Virus record (IMG/VR): IMGVR_UViG_2871215625_000007
Coordinates: 3,472-67,471 of that record
DNA: 64,000 nucleotides
Reading direction: 5' to 3' (one strand)
DNA from: a virus
Lineage: Duplodnaviria; Caudoviricetes
Made by a program: the position numbers and the translations under genes. Under the pieces are notes generated by a model. It had not been told where the DNA came from, searched no databases, and saw nothing but the letters and a program-made list of their open reading frames with translations. The stretch's first letter is position 1. Every line of letters starts with the position of its first letter. Below, piece after piece: positions 10,395-20,240 of the stretch.

Positions 10395-11327
10395 TTACGC
10401 TTGATTTTGATGTGTTATTTGGACTCTAACGATAACAGGTTCAACACTCGCATCATGTGGCTGAGGACGAAAGTGAACCCCTTTTGATTTAAGTTCGATA
10501 GTAAAACCAACAGCCAGCTTCTTCTTGATATAGGCTTCAACTAATGCATTACCAACAACCAGCACTGATGCCATATAATCTGTATCTTTCGTATACGTGC
10601 CTAACCCTTCTTGAGCAGTCAAAAAATCATACGTACCTGAAGAACTAGAAATTGTGATTTCCTTCTCTTGTATCTGTCGCATGGCATTAACCATATTGAC
10701 AGTTACGTGCATTTGCTGAAGAACATCGGTATCAGTTTGATTTAGCTGCTCTAACAACTTATTAATCGTGGCAACTTTTGTAGCCATGTCAGAATCGGTT
10801 GCATACGTTTCATCTAAAGCTGCAATTTTTGTCTGACTATCATTAATTGCGGTTGATAACGTTGTAAGGTTGGTCATGACCACGGCTAAACGCTGATTTA
10901 GCTCTGTGGTCATATCCGTGTTTTGCTGGGAGTTCTCGGTACGAATTGTCGCAAGCTCGGCATTAATTCCATTTTTAAGCGCTGTGAGCTTATTGTTGAT
11001 CTCTACGACCTGAGAGCCATGTTCAGTACCCAATTGTCCTAAGATGACTGAAACAGAGTTAGCAAATGAGGTTAACTTAGCATTCACGTCATCGCGTAGC
11101 GTTCTAGCTGTACGGTTTAGTGACTCATCATTAACTTCATCTGCCGTTGAAACAGCGGCGAAACCTACTGATGGTGGCGAAGTGATCGTAGGAGTAGTGA
11201 TCTTGTTATCTATGGGTGATATCGTAATATCGCTAGGCGACGGAGCCGTAATATCATTAGCGTCAATCCCTTTAACGGGCTGAAGTATGATATCAATTGG
11301 CTCATTTGGATCAGTCGGTATCGTCAT
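10395..11327 (-). CDS. Coiled-coil fibre-like protein
   Basis: 310 aa; P/T-rich N-terminus, long heptad region, small beta C-terminal domain. Confidence 0.6.
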   Translation of the reverse strand: MTIPTDPNEPIDIILQPVKGIDANDITAPSPSDITISPIDNKITTPTITSPPSVGFAAVSTADEVNDESLNRTARTLRDDVNAKLTSFANSVSVILGQLGTEHGSQVVEINNKLTALKNGINAELATIRTENSQQNTDMTTELNQRLAVVMTNLTTLSTAINDSQTKIAALDETYATDSDMATKVATINKLLEQLNQTDTDVLQQMHVTVNMVNAMRQIQEKEITISSSSGTYDFLTAQEGLGTYTKDTDYMASVLVVGNALVEAYIKKKLAVGFTIELKSKGVHFRPQPHDASVEPVIVRVQITHQNQA

Positions 11328-12069
11328 TTATGTTATCACTCTGAAATACATCAAATATGTCAGCTACAGTGCCGACCTTATCTTGCAAGTTGCGAGCTTG
11401 TTTGTTTAAGTTTTCTTCTGTAATTTCATCGCTCTCGCTTACTTCAGGAACCGGATTGCGTAGCTTTGCAATTTTCTCTGGTGTTGCAGCCGCAGATAAG
11501 CGATTAATCACATCAGTTAAGCTCGGTACTGGATGAGGATTAGGTAAAAACTCCAACGGCTGATCAGGCGTTACTTCAAATTTATCCGGTAAGAAATCAC
11601 TACCAAGATCAAACGGCACCATTTCATATTTGAAACCACCCTTACCGTGCTTACCTATTGGGTTTGCACTAAGGACGTACATCAGCGTGACCTTGATATT
11701 GCTATCATCCACCAGCTCTTCATACCAAAGTACAGATTGCTCAGGGATAGACTTTGCTTGTATTAACATCGTAATAGGAGTTTCACCATCGTCGGTATCA
11801 TCACCTAAAGCCAACATCACGCTTGAGTTGTCGCTATTAGGCAATTCTAAGGCCCGAGTTTTAACAGGGCTACTATAAGAAAATGTTTCTTCTCTGGCTT
11901 CGAGATTGCCAACCACATCATCTTTGCTTGGTGTATGGTCTTCTAACGCATTCAAATCTGCTCTAAATAACAGGCATTCAAATGAGTTTGGATGAATACT
12001 CAAGCTCTTTTGTAGATCAAGTGCCATCTGTTCACTAACAGCACTGCGATTAATCGGGGTTAATGACAT
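11311..12069 (-). CDS. P1 gp7-like neck/tail protein
   Basis: 252 aa; lies in 26-25-7 order. Confidence 0.6.
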   Translation of the reverse strand: MSLTPINRSAVSEQMALDLQKSLSIHPNSFECLLFRADLNALEDHTPSKDDVVGNLEAREETFSYSSPVKTRALELPNSDNSSVMLALGDDTDDGETPITMLIQAKSIPEQSVLWYEELVDDSNIKVTLMYVLSANPIGKHGKGGFKYEMVPFDLGSDFLPDKFEVTPDQPLEFLPNPHPVPSLTDVINRLSAAATPEKIAKLRNPVPEVSESDEITEENLNKQARNLQDKVGTVADIFDVFQSDNINDDTD

Positions 12070-12071
12070 AG

Positions 12072-13253
12072 TTATAAATCCTTAGCCAGTTGTTGTGCAT
12101 CACTTAGAGACACCTTGTTAATTTTGGCGAATACTTTAATCGCACTATTTCTATCAGAACCGTACATCTTGGCTCTATCTAACTCGGTTCTAAGCATTCC
12201 CTTTAATTGGTCCTTAGATGCACTTTCCGCTAATTTCTGACGAGTTTTAACAGCCTTTGATGCACTTGCCTTATCCGTTGAAACTTTGGCTTGTTGCTTA
12301 TTAATCTGCTTCCGTAATTCAGCAACTTCTTTCTCAAGGCTTTTTATGTACTTTGGATCTTTTAATTGCTTCTTAAATACCCGTTTCGCTTGCTTAATTT
12401 TTTGAATTACTTTTATTGCAGCGGCTTTGTCCACATCATGAGGACGGGCTTTTTCTAACTGCTCACGGTCTTCTTTATTTAAGAACTTGTCAGTATTATC
12501 ACCAGCAAATCCAGTCTTCTCTGCTTGTGCTTCCATCTGTTTTGCAAGTTGAGCCTGGACAGTTGGAGATTTAAGAGCAGCGAGGGTTTTTAATTGGTGT
12601 TTACAGCAACAACCATTTAATTTAGGGTTTCTGACTTTCGGGAAGTCTTTTTCATAGGGTGCAATGGCGTAATTACCCGCCGTAGCAACATAGCGATACC
12701 AGAATTGGTAACGCCCACACTGGCAATCAATGGACAAACCGCCCTGAAGTACCCGCTTAATCGCAGAAGGCCAGCTCCGTTGCGTCTGAGTTAACTCTTC
12801 CATCCAGTTTTCAAGCCTTATTCTGACCTGATAGCTGGTTTCTTTGTGCTTTCCTGATGCAGACACATTAAAGTGCAACAAGTCACCACGGACCTTGTAT
12901 AACCTCGACGTCTTAATTTCCGTATTGGCACGATGAACATCAATCTTTCGTGATGCAACGATCAACTGCTCTAAAGGAGCACCACGATATCGCCCCCACT
13001 TCTTACTTGTGGCTTTACGCGCTTTATCAAAGGCTTTGATATCATCAATGGTAAATGGGTCACCACCAGCCTTAGAGCCGATTAAAACCGCTTGATATGC
13101 AGGTAGTTCTCCATTTCTAATGGCTTGTCTTATAGCGTTGGGTGATAACGTGTTATTAGCGTATTTTCGCTCTTGTTTTTGAGCTGCACGACGAGCGTTA
13201 AAGAACTTATCTTGTAGTTTTACATCTTTGGCGCTAGTAATTGGCTGCTTCAT
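12072..13253 (-). CDS. P1 gp25-like protein with SWIM-type zinc finger
   Basis: DCQCGRYQFWYRY...GCCCKH motif; 393 aa; synteny. Confidence 0.75.
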   Translation of the reverse strand: MKQPITSAKDVKLQDKFFNARRAAQKQERKYANNTLSPNAIRQAIRNGELPAYQAVLIGSKAGGDPFTIDDIKAFDKARKATSKKWGRYRGAPLEQLIVASRKIDVHRANTEIKTSRLYKVRGDLLHFNVSASGKHKETSYQVRIRLENWMEELTQTQRSWPSAIKRVLQGGLSIDCQCGRYQFWYRYVATAGNYAIAPYEKDFPKVRNPKLNGCCCKHQLKTLAALKSPTVQAQLAKQMEAQAEKTGFAGDNTDKFLNKEDREQLEKARPHDVDKAAAIKVIQKIKQAKRVFKKQLKDPKYIKSLEKEVAELRKQINKQQAKVSTDKASASKAVKTRQKLAESASKDQLKGMLRTELDRAKMYGSDRNSAIKVFAKINKVSLSDAQQLAKDL

Positions 13254-13255
13254 CG

Positions 13256-13570
13256 TTATTCCTGCTCAAATTGGCAGTAATAACGGATCTGTGTACGCAC
13301 CCACTTAATGCTCGGTAATCGAATAAGAGAGCCAGATAGCAAATCCCCACGCATATCATCTAAGCCTGCACAAATAGCAACAATGCCCTTCATTTCAGTC
13401 GTGCCGTAATAACGTAAAGCAATAAGCTCTGGCATCTTTATTTCATCAACAGAAACTTCCCAGTTATCCCAATCTGACTCACCTTTTTGAAGCTCTTTAT
13501 AAAAAGATGCCCGGATCAAATCATCTTGGATATTCAATGGACTTAAACGTGATAGTTTTGCATCTGTCAT
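13256..13570 (-). CDS. Baseplate protein, P1 gp26-like (LysM/gpX-like)
   Basis: PELIALRYYG...LIRLPS motif. Confidence 0.7.
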   Translation of the reverse strand: MTDAKLSRLSPLNIQDDLIRASFYKELQKGESDWDNWEVSVDEIKMPELIALRYYGTTEMKGIVAICAGLDDMRGDLLSGSLIRLPSIKWVRTQIRYYCQFEQE

Positions 13571-14160
13571 ACGTTACCCTTATCTTTTTCAATCGTGATC
13601 CGCCGTAACGTACTAAAGACTGAATCTTCATTATCGGCATTGATTGCACTGAAAAATTCATCAAGGTATTGATCATTAACCTGGTGTAGATATGAAGCAG
13701 ATATTGAGCACAACAATAAGCAACGTTTGAATCCATTAAAGTTGCTGTGGTCAATATCGTACTTATTCCGACCTTTATCGTCTGGAACGATGTTAACGTG
13801 GGATTCCTGTATCAAATGACGCTCAAGTCCTTTATTTAAAACTAAGCGGCCCATGCGACTAAGAGTAAAGTAGTGATCAAACGCAATACTCATATTTGCA
13901 CGTCGCTCTGTAGGACTAGCAGCTTCCAATAGTAGCTTTTGCCCCCATTCACTGAACATATCGCCACGTTCTTCAATTAAGATGTTATAGCCATCATCAA
14001 ACTTGGTTTTTATTTCCTTTAATAATGCCTTTTTCCATGAACCAAATGGTCCTTTAATTGGATCAACAGCTACAACAACCAACTGTTCATCAATATACGT
14101 AGCAATGGCTTTTGCGGGAGGCGTTCCGAGCAATGAAATGCAGAATATCTTCTTATTCAT
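13567..14160 (-). CDS. Hypothetical late-operon protein (possible RNase H-like fold)
   Basis: 197 aa coupled ORF; beta-strand-rich N-terminus, NILIEE. Confidence 0.55.
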   Translation of the reverse strand: MNKKIFCISLLGTPPAKAIATYIDEQLVVVAVDPIKGPFGSWKKALLKEIKTKFDDGYNILIEERGDMFSEWGQKLLLEAASPTERRANMSIAFDHYFTLSRMGRLVLNKGLERHLIQESHVNIVPDDKGRNKYDIDHSNFNGFKRCLLLCSISASYLHQVNDQYLDEFFSAINADNEDSVFSTLRRITIEKDKGNV

Positions 14161-14399
14161 TAGATGATCCCTAGCACTCGCATTTCATCGTGCGTCATAG
14201 TTTCTAACACAATACCTTTCGGAACGATGATCACAGGAACAGAAAGTCGAGAATGTATAACACTCAACTGATTAGATATGGAATTAAGCTGCGCGGCGGC
14301 TTTACCTGGAGATTTACTAACATCAACTTTGAGTACCAATAATCCGTTATCAGGGATAACTAAGGACTCAATTGCGATGCGTTCTGCTAAGTCTTTCAT
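14160..14399 (-). CDS. Hypothetical protein, first gene of a late operon
   Basis: 79 aa; stop overlaps the next start. Confidence 0.55.
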   Translation of the reverse strand: MKDLAERIAIESLVIPDNGLLVLKVDVSKSPGKAAAQLNSISNQLSVIHSRLSVPVIIVPKGIVLETMTHDEMRVLGII

Positions 14400-14431
14400 A
14401 CTGCATAGCCTGTTATCAGGAGATGGTCATC

Positions 14432-14465
14432 ATCATGACCTTTAGGCAGAAAGTTCGCAGCAACA
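14432..14465 (-). promoter_or_regulatory. Putative late promoter TGTTGCTGC-N19-CATGAT
   Basis: Motif with the conserved 19-bp spacing. Confidence 0.7.
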
Positions 14466-14542
14466 GGAAAGTTTTATGGGAATAGAAAGCAAAACTCCCC
14501 GTTACAGACGCAACGAGGAGTTAAAATATGATATAGGTTTAT

Positions 14543-14908
14543 TTATTGAATAACTAACGTACCATCCTCTGATACATCAACAATCAAGCCACCCAATTTT
14601 TTAATTGGTGCCACCCAAAATAACTTTTGGTCTTCATCCGGTAGCAAATCTAATAATTGCTTTAAAATGGCTGGTGGGATTCTAATTGTTTCCGGTTCTT
14701 TACCGTATTGATTTTTAAATTGAATAATACTGCTATTAATAAGCTCGACAGCAGGGTGTTGAGCTGATTTCTGAGCCACTTCAAACGCCATTGGCTTTAA
14801 TTGATGACGGACATTACCAGCATTAGCAGTATCTTCTAGCTGTGCCATTTCAAGCAGCGCATCTTTTAGTCGGTCATTTAACTTTCGCAAACTCTTTTTA
14901 TTACTCAT
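14543..14908 (-). CDS. Hypothetical protein
   Basis: 121 aa, AAGGA RBS, followed by a hairpin at about 14493-14522. Confidence 0.6.
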   Translation of the reverse strand: MSNKKSLRKLNDRLKDALLEMAQLEDTANAGNVRHQLKPMAFEVAQKSAQHPAVELINSSIIQFKNQYGKEPETIRIPPAILKQLLDLLPDEDQKLFWVAPIKKLGGLIVDVSEDGTLVIQ

Positions 14909-14970
14909 GGTCGGGGTTCCTTTTATTACATGGTTTTTATTCTACGTTTTTACAAACAATTTATATTGGG

Positions 14971-15240
14971 TTACCCATCACTAGAGAGTCCTTGCACTGT
15001 AAATTTATTGATCCCTAATTTCTCAATAAAGCTACCCAAGAAATTCAATCCAGACCATTCTCTGATTTGGTTAGAACCACGCGCTGCTTTCACATAATAA
15101 CAAACACCACGTTCAGGATTAACACCAAAACAGTGCCATTTACATGTTTGGCTCTTTGTCGCTACAACATGATGAATGCCACCGGACTCCACCAGTTTTC
15201 GGAATTCACTAACAAGAACCAACTCCATTTTCATGCTCAT
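14971..15240 (-). CDS. Hypothetical protein (ParC/KorA-associated-like small plasmid protein)
   Basis: C-terminal REWSGLNFLGSFIEKLGINKFTV resembles small plasmid/phage proteins. Confidence 0.5.
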   Translation of the reverse strand: MSMKMELVLVSEFRKLVESGGIHHVVATKSQTCKWHCFGVNPERGVCYYVKAARGSNQIREWSGLNFLGSFIEKLGINKFTVQGLSSDG

Positions 15241-15282
15241 AAATTCAAACCTAATATTTGTTGCCTACGAATATAATAAACG

Positions 15283-15567
15283 TTAAGCGTTGACCGAATC
15301 AAGTATTTGCGGTTGTCGTTTATTCTCAGAAAAATAACTCAACAAATCATCCAACGTTTCAAAGCTTTCAGACTCCAAACCTTGCGTTAAGTCTCGATCA
15401 TCAAACACTACATCATAAGCGCCGCCTCGCTGATGAATACAGTAATCAACTACCACTTCATTATCTTCTTCTACAGCCAAAACTAACGGTTCAATGTCAG
15501 ATTTAAGCGGTAAACGCATCTTGAGCAACTCAGCAACTTCACTTAATTTACTTACATTATTTGGCAT
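15283..15567 (-). CDS. Hypothetical acidic protein
   Basis: 94 aa with GAGGTG RBS. Confidence 0.55.
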   Translation of the reverse strand: MPNNVSKLSEVAELLKMRLPLKSDIEPLVLAVEEDNEVVVDYCIHQRGGAYDVVFDDRDLTQGLESESFETLDDLLSYFSENKRQPQILDSVNA

Positions 15568-15587
15568 TTAAAGCACCTCACTCATCA

Positions 15588-15635
15588 ATACCTATTAGAT
15601 ATTTAATAGATATTTAATAGATATTTAATAGACAC
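15588..15635. repeat. 11-bp tandem repeat AGATATTTAAT x3 (member of a dispersed family)
   Basis: Visible directly; related phased TAGATAY units occur elsewhere. Confidence 0.75.
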
Positions 15636-15668
15636 TAATCAAGTAGCCAGTAAATATTATATAAATAT

Positions 15669-16805
15669 TCATCTTTTGCTACCCCATGATAAATCAATGT
15701 TTTTTGTTTTAACTCTACTTTGCGCCATTGCACTTTCACGAGCGAGAATAGCGCGTCCGTAACGAGCAACCATAACCTCACTGGACCAGCGCCCTGACTG
15801 TTGAATCTGTAATGTGTTATAACCTTTTCGCAATAAATCTTGAGTGGCACCAACACGAGCACTGTGACCAGTAAACGGCTTAACACCTTGGCGGCCAAGT
15901 TCTAATTCCGACCATGCAGCCTTGAAGATACCTTCTACTGTCTTAGTCGTAATGGGTTTATAAGTAACCTCTCCGGTCTCTTTATCAACTTTAGGTTTAG
16001 TGCATTTATTATGCTTTGAAACCCCTGTAAATAAGTACCCATCTTGCTTTAAATGTAATTCACCAGCTTCGATATAGTCCATAATCAAACCAACAACATC
16101 ATGGCTTAAAATACACGTATCAGGATCACCGCTATGGTTAGTTTTCGTAATTGGGATCGTCAAAATTGCCGTACCATCACCAGCTAGCTCAATATCAGAT
16201 AACTTAATATTAGCCAATTCAGCAGCACGTAACATCGACTCATACGCAACACCAAGCAAGGCAAGATTACGGCGTTCTAACACTCGTTCATGTTGTTTCC
16301 ACTTTTCAACCAAGGCGTTTAAGTGTAATTCATTAAATGGACTGGCTTGCTTGATAGCTTCACCTGATTGCACCTTTACGCGCACCAATGCCTTATATCT
16401 GTCTTCTACAAAGACATCATTACAAGGATTAGGACATCCTGCTACTCGATGAACACGAGATATGGCCCATTTATAAATAGACAAAGTGTTTCGGTGTACC
16501 GACTCTGCTTTATAGATCAAAAACTTCTCAGTCGTGTCGGGTGATGCGGGTAATGAATGCCGTTTATTATCTAAACACCATTCAACAAAACAACCCCAGG
16601 CACTCTCCAATCGACGTAGTGTGTTGGGAGAATAACGGTCCTCACGCTTTTTGAACTCATTCAGTAAATGATTAATCGCAGCTTGAAAAACATGATCCTC
16701 AGCAACAACAACCCCTTTCTTTTGAGCTTTTTCAATAGCGGTCTTCACGTCGCTTGGGCGAACATCGGTAAAGTCACCCAACAAAGAAAGTTGATTTTCG
16801 ATCAT
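15669..16805 (-). CDS. cre: Cre-family tyrosine recombinase, close to Vibrio VCre
   Basis: MIENQLSLLGDF start and extensive match to VCre as recalled; catalytic R (LRAAE), K, HSAR, W, Y all present. Confidence 0.92.
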   Translation of the reverse strand: MIENQLSLLGDFTDVRPSDVKTAIEKAQKKGVVVAEDHVFQAAINHLLNEFKKREDRYSPNTLRRLESAWGCFVEWCLDNKRHSLPASPDTTEKFLIYKAESVHRNTLSIYKWAISRVHRVAGCPNPCNDVFVEDRYKALVRVKVQSGEAIKQASPFNELHLNALVEKWKQHERVLERRNLALLGVAYESMLRAAELANIKLSDIELAGDGTAILTIPITKTNHSGDPDTCILSHDVVGLIMDYIEAGELHLKQDGYLFTGVSKHNKCTKPKVDKETGEVTYKPITTKTVEGIFKAAWSELELGRQGVKPFTGHSARVGATQDLLRKGYNTLQIQQSGRWSSEVMVARYGRAILARESAMAQSRVKTKNIDLSWGSKR

Positions 16806-16930
16806 TAACTCTACACCTTTATTATTTTCGATAACAAAACAGTGACAGTGTAACAGTTAAACACTTTTCATCTGTTGGGTAAATTCTTACTCGCCATGAA
16901 GAAAACATAATACTCCCTTACGTATAATTG

Positions 16931-16964
16931 TCAATTTCTGAGAATTACACTTCTCAGAAATTGA
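16931..16964. other. lox-type recombination site (VloxP-like): TCAATTTCTGAGA-ATTACACT-TCTCAGAAATTGA
   Basis: 13-8-13 architecture with perfect inverted arms (16-bp IR counting flanking bases), 125 bp upstream of cre. Confidence 0.9.
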
Positions 16965-17341
16965 CACGAAAAGCGTGAGTCACCACCTTAAATTCGGTTA
17001 CACCGTAACAGTTAAAAACTTTTAAAGTTTACATAGGATTATCTTCTTTTTATGGCAATAGAAAACTAATCCGCATTAAAGATCGAGCCCAACAAAAAAG
17101 AAACATCGCCCACGACAATAAAGCCATAACTCATTCAACTTTTAAAATCTATAACTACGCTTTTGTTGTTGTACGTATTATTTGTGATGTCATTATCACT
17201 GTTACGTAATAAGGGAGTCAGTAATATAAAATTATTGTAAATTATGCAGTTAATCGTTATGCACTCACAAATCAAGCTGCTACAATCCCACGATTATCTC
17301 AATTTATATTTTTTTGTTGTTGTATTTGTAATGAGGTTGGT

Positions 17342-18076
17342 GTGACAGGTATTCTGACGCTTGAAGTAGAAGAGCTCATACGACGATCTTATCAAGGAAA
17401 AACAAATCCTTGGTACTGTCGTTTAGATGACGGAGATAACTATTACATTAAAGGGCAAGAGGCCCTGCACCAAGGTTTAATTAAAGAGCTACTTTGTGCT
17501 GAGTTAGGGCGAAATCTTGGCTTACCTATCCCTAGCTCTACTATCGCATATCTTGATCCTTGTTTACTTGAGCATTATGATGAGGCAAAAACGGATTTTG
17601 GCGGCGGTGATTGTTACGTCTTTGCATCTAAAGAGGTGCCAAATCTTGTTGAACTTAAATATTCTGATTTAGCCTCAATCAACCCACAATTAGCCAAGCT
17701 AATATTTTTATTTGATTACCTTATTAAAAATGAAGATAGAACACTAACAAGGCAGAGTGGAAATCCAAATTTATTCATCAATCCAATCAGTAATAATTTG
17801 GTAGTTTTCGATCATAATATGGCGTTTGATACTGATTATAACTTTGAAAAATATAAAAATATCCATGCGTTTAGCTCTTTTTGGTACAGTACGCAGCTTG
17901 ATTTACATTTCAAAAATGAGATGATGGATAAATTACCCGTTGCTATCACTAGTTTGGCTCAGTATGCTGAACATATTCCTAAAGAGTGGTTAGAAAATTA
18001 TCCTGACCTCTTAACCGAAATATTCACTACACTTAACTTATATAAGCAACATCAATTTTGGGAGGCACTACAATGA
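17342..18076 (+). CDS. HipA-like Ser/Thr kinase (short HipA/PI3K-like fold)
   Basis: YYIKG lysine, KELLCAELG, DYLIKNEDR..NPNL catalytic loop, DHNMAF. Confidence 0.85.
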   Translation: MTGILTLEVEELIRRSYQGKTNPWYCRLDDGDNYYIKGQEALHQGLIKELLCAELGRNLGLPIPSSTIAYLDPCLLEHYDEAKTDFGGGDCYVFASKEVPNLVELKYSDLASINPQLAKLIFLFDYLIKNEDRTLTRQSGNPNLFINPISNNLVVFDHNMAFDTDYNFEKYKNIHAFSSFWYSTQLDLHFKNEMMDKLPVAITSLAQYAEHIPKEWLENYPDLLTEIFTTLNLYKQHQFWEALQ

Positions 18077-18909
18077 GCATGGGTTGTTTATACGCAATCA
18101 TCAGATTCGCTCCCTATGCAGAGACAGGCGAGTTTGCTAACGTCGGTATTGTGCTGTGCGTTCCAAAGACTAAGTTTTTTGATTTTAAGCTGGCACCTGT
18201 AAAATTCAAACGTATATCTCAATTTTTTGATGACATCGATAATAAACTTTTTGCCGCAACAATCAGTAATATTGAACAAGAGTTAGGGCGCATAAGAAAC
18301 TTCGCAGGTAGTTCTGGTGAAGATAAAATAGCAGATATATTCAAAGAACTCACAAGAGATCGTGAAAGCATCATACGCTTTGGTGAAATAAGAAGTACAT
18401 TACTTAAAACGCATCCTAACGACCTAATTGAAACACTCTATGAGCGTTTCATTGGCCGAGACTTTGTAACAAAGCAATATCGTGAAGCAGCTATGGTAAG
18501 AGCGATCAGACAGGAATTACGAGTAAAAGGAATGCCAGCTTACACCGAAGGAAAAGTAAGTAATGATCTAATAGAGGCCACCTTTCCTTTTGTTAATAAT
18601 GACAACGGTCCAAAAATTATAAAACCTTTAACATTCCAACAACCCACTACAACTAAGATTATTGAACATGGTGAATTTTGGCACTGGAAAGTTAAACGGC
18701 TAATTAAAGCCGGAAGCCTAGAAAGCGACAATATATTATTACCATTTGAAAGCCCTGTAACGACAAATATACAATTACATAAAGCCTATCAAGAAGTAGT
18801 GAATGAGTTTAATGCCATTAATGTTAATGTGACTAATTTTAGTGATACTACAGCACTGCTCGAATTTGCTACTCGTGATCTTGGGCCTGAAAAATTCCAG
18901 CTTAGATAA
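18073..18909 (+). CDS. DUF3037-like protein, partner of the HipA-like kinase
   Basis: YAIIRFAPYAETGEFANVGIVL signature; ATGA overlap with the kinase stop and GGAGG RBS. Confidence 0.8.
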   Translation: MSMGCLYAIIRFAPYAETGEFANVGIVLCVPKTKFFDFKLAPVKFKRISQFFDDIDNKLFAATISNIEQELGRIRNFAGSSGEDKIADIFKELTRDRESIIRFGEIRSTLLKTHPNDLIETLYERFIGRDFVTKQYREAAMVRAIRQELRVKGMPAYTEGKVSNDLIEATFPFVNNDNGPKIIKPLTFQQPTTTKIIEHGEFWHWKVKRLIKAGSLESDNILLPFESPVTTNIQLHKAYQEVVNEFNAINVNVTNFSDTTALLEFATRDLGPEKFQLR

Positions 18910-18910
18910 T

Positions 18911-18938
18911 AAAAAGCCGCAATTAATTGCGGCTTTTT
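18911..18938. terminator. Bidirectional intrinsic terminator
   Basis: AAAAGCCGCAATTAATTGCGGCTTTTT between convergent genes. Confidence 0.75.
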
Positions 18939-18951
18939 ATTATCTAAAATA

Positions 18952-19152
18952 CTATTCATTTTTATTTTTTAGCATTGATAACTTTTTTCTAACAGATAAA
19001 CCAGTACCCACCAGCGAACCACTTAGCCATACCCCACGCCTACCGACATTCAATTTAATGTATCGACAGCCCACGGTAACTGAAAAACCGCCCTTTGAAA
19101 CATTGAACCATAAAAATGGAAGGAAACGGATTCTTTTTTGATATCTAATCAT
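18952..19152 (-). CDS. DUF4236-like small protein
   Basis: RYQKRIRFLPFLWFNVSKGGFSVTVG...SLVGTGLS signature. Confidence 0.7.
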   Translation of the reverse strand: MIRYQKRIRFLPFLWFNVSKGGFSVTVGCRYIKLNVGRRGVWLSGSLVGTGLSVRKKLSMLKNKNE

Positions 19153-19547
19153 TCGTACACCACAAAATAATACTTATTTAATACCAATTAGATACTTATT
19201 AAATAGTTAACCAATATTAACTAAGTATTCTATTTATATCGTTAAATTAGAACCCAACCAGGAAAAACAATAGAGATTTCTATCTATTTACATATAAATC
19301 ACAAACATACACTCTATTAGCAACCTTTATGTACGATATTTAAAATGAATAATTGTAGACCAAATATCACGTAACCTTTCAGGGTAATCAGTTGCGCCCA
19401 ATGCACTAATGATTAGCGTTTAGCTACGAGTGTTCATTAGCAGTGTGTCGGTACTGTACATTCTGAGTTTCTATAGTGATATTCAATCTACAATCAGATT
19501 TTCATCTTTTTTATTTGCCGCGTACAAAAGGCAAGCTTTTAAGGCCG

Positions 19548-20219
19548 TTATTCTTGATTAGCACCGGTTGCACGTTGACCTTTAAATGCAGAGACAACTT
19601 CCTCAAAAACACTATCTAGCAAACCAAGGGCTTTGGGGGAGATTACACGCTCCGCCACTTTCTCCCCGCTTGGTGACAAAACGACGACCAATCGTTCGAC
19701 AGGGCGTTCCCACGGTTTAAGCAAGGTCTGCTGACCATCCAATATGATAAGCTGGTATCCTCGCTCCTGAGCAATCTCAACCGACGTACAACCAACCCCT
19801 TTAAGGCATTCAAAAAGCCAACATATGAACCTAGCTGCCTCTGCTTTAAAAGCCTCTTCAGTTAACAAAGCGATATCCATCTGGGACTTTTTCAGATCAT
19901 CAACACTAAAACTAAAGCGCGAGTCTAGTGATGGGTTACATGCTACAGAAGTTCGTTGCCAAAAATCCTCAGATTTGAATATCCTCTTCGCAAGCATAAG
20001 TTCTGCATACACCTCCTCAACCGAACCACTATTTGCGTTTGAACCCAGACAACTATTTGGTACTGTCATTGATTGAAAAATCTTCCCTCTTACTGAAGAT
20101 ATAGCATCCTGAAGTGTTGAGGGGGAAAATAGGGAGGATTCTCTGGTTTGAAAAGCAACGCCTTTCTTGGCTTCATCTTCAAAACAAGAACTGTAAGTAG
20201 CACCTTTTATGATTTTCAT
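19548..20219 (-). CDS. Hypothetical protein
   Basis: 223 aa with AGGGA RBS, downstream of the small recombinase. Confidence 0.6.
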   Translation of the reverse strand: MKIIKGATYSSCFEDEAKKGVAFQTRESSLFSPSTLQDAISSVRGKIFQSMTVPNSCLGSNANSGSVEEVYAELMLAKRIFKSEDFWQRTSVACNPSLDSRFSFSVDDLKKSQMDIALLTEEAFKAEAARFICWLFECLKGVGCTSVEIAQERGYQLIILDGQQTLLKPWERPVERLVVVLSPSGEKVAERVISPKALGLLDSVFEEVVSAFKGQRATGANQE

Positions 20220-20240
20220 AACTGTATCCCTAAATGATTC

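Noticed and set aside
15635-15898. 87-aa ORF overlapping the cre 3' end
   Set aside because: Alternate frame of cre with no independent support.
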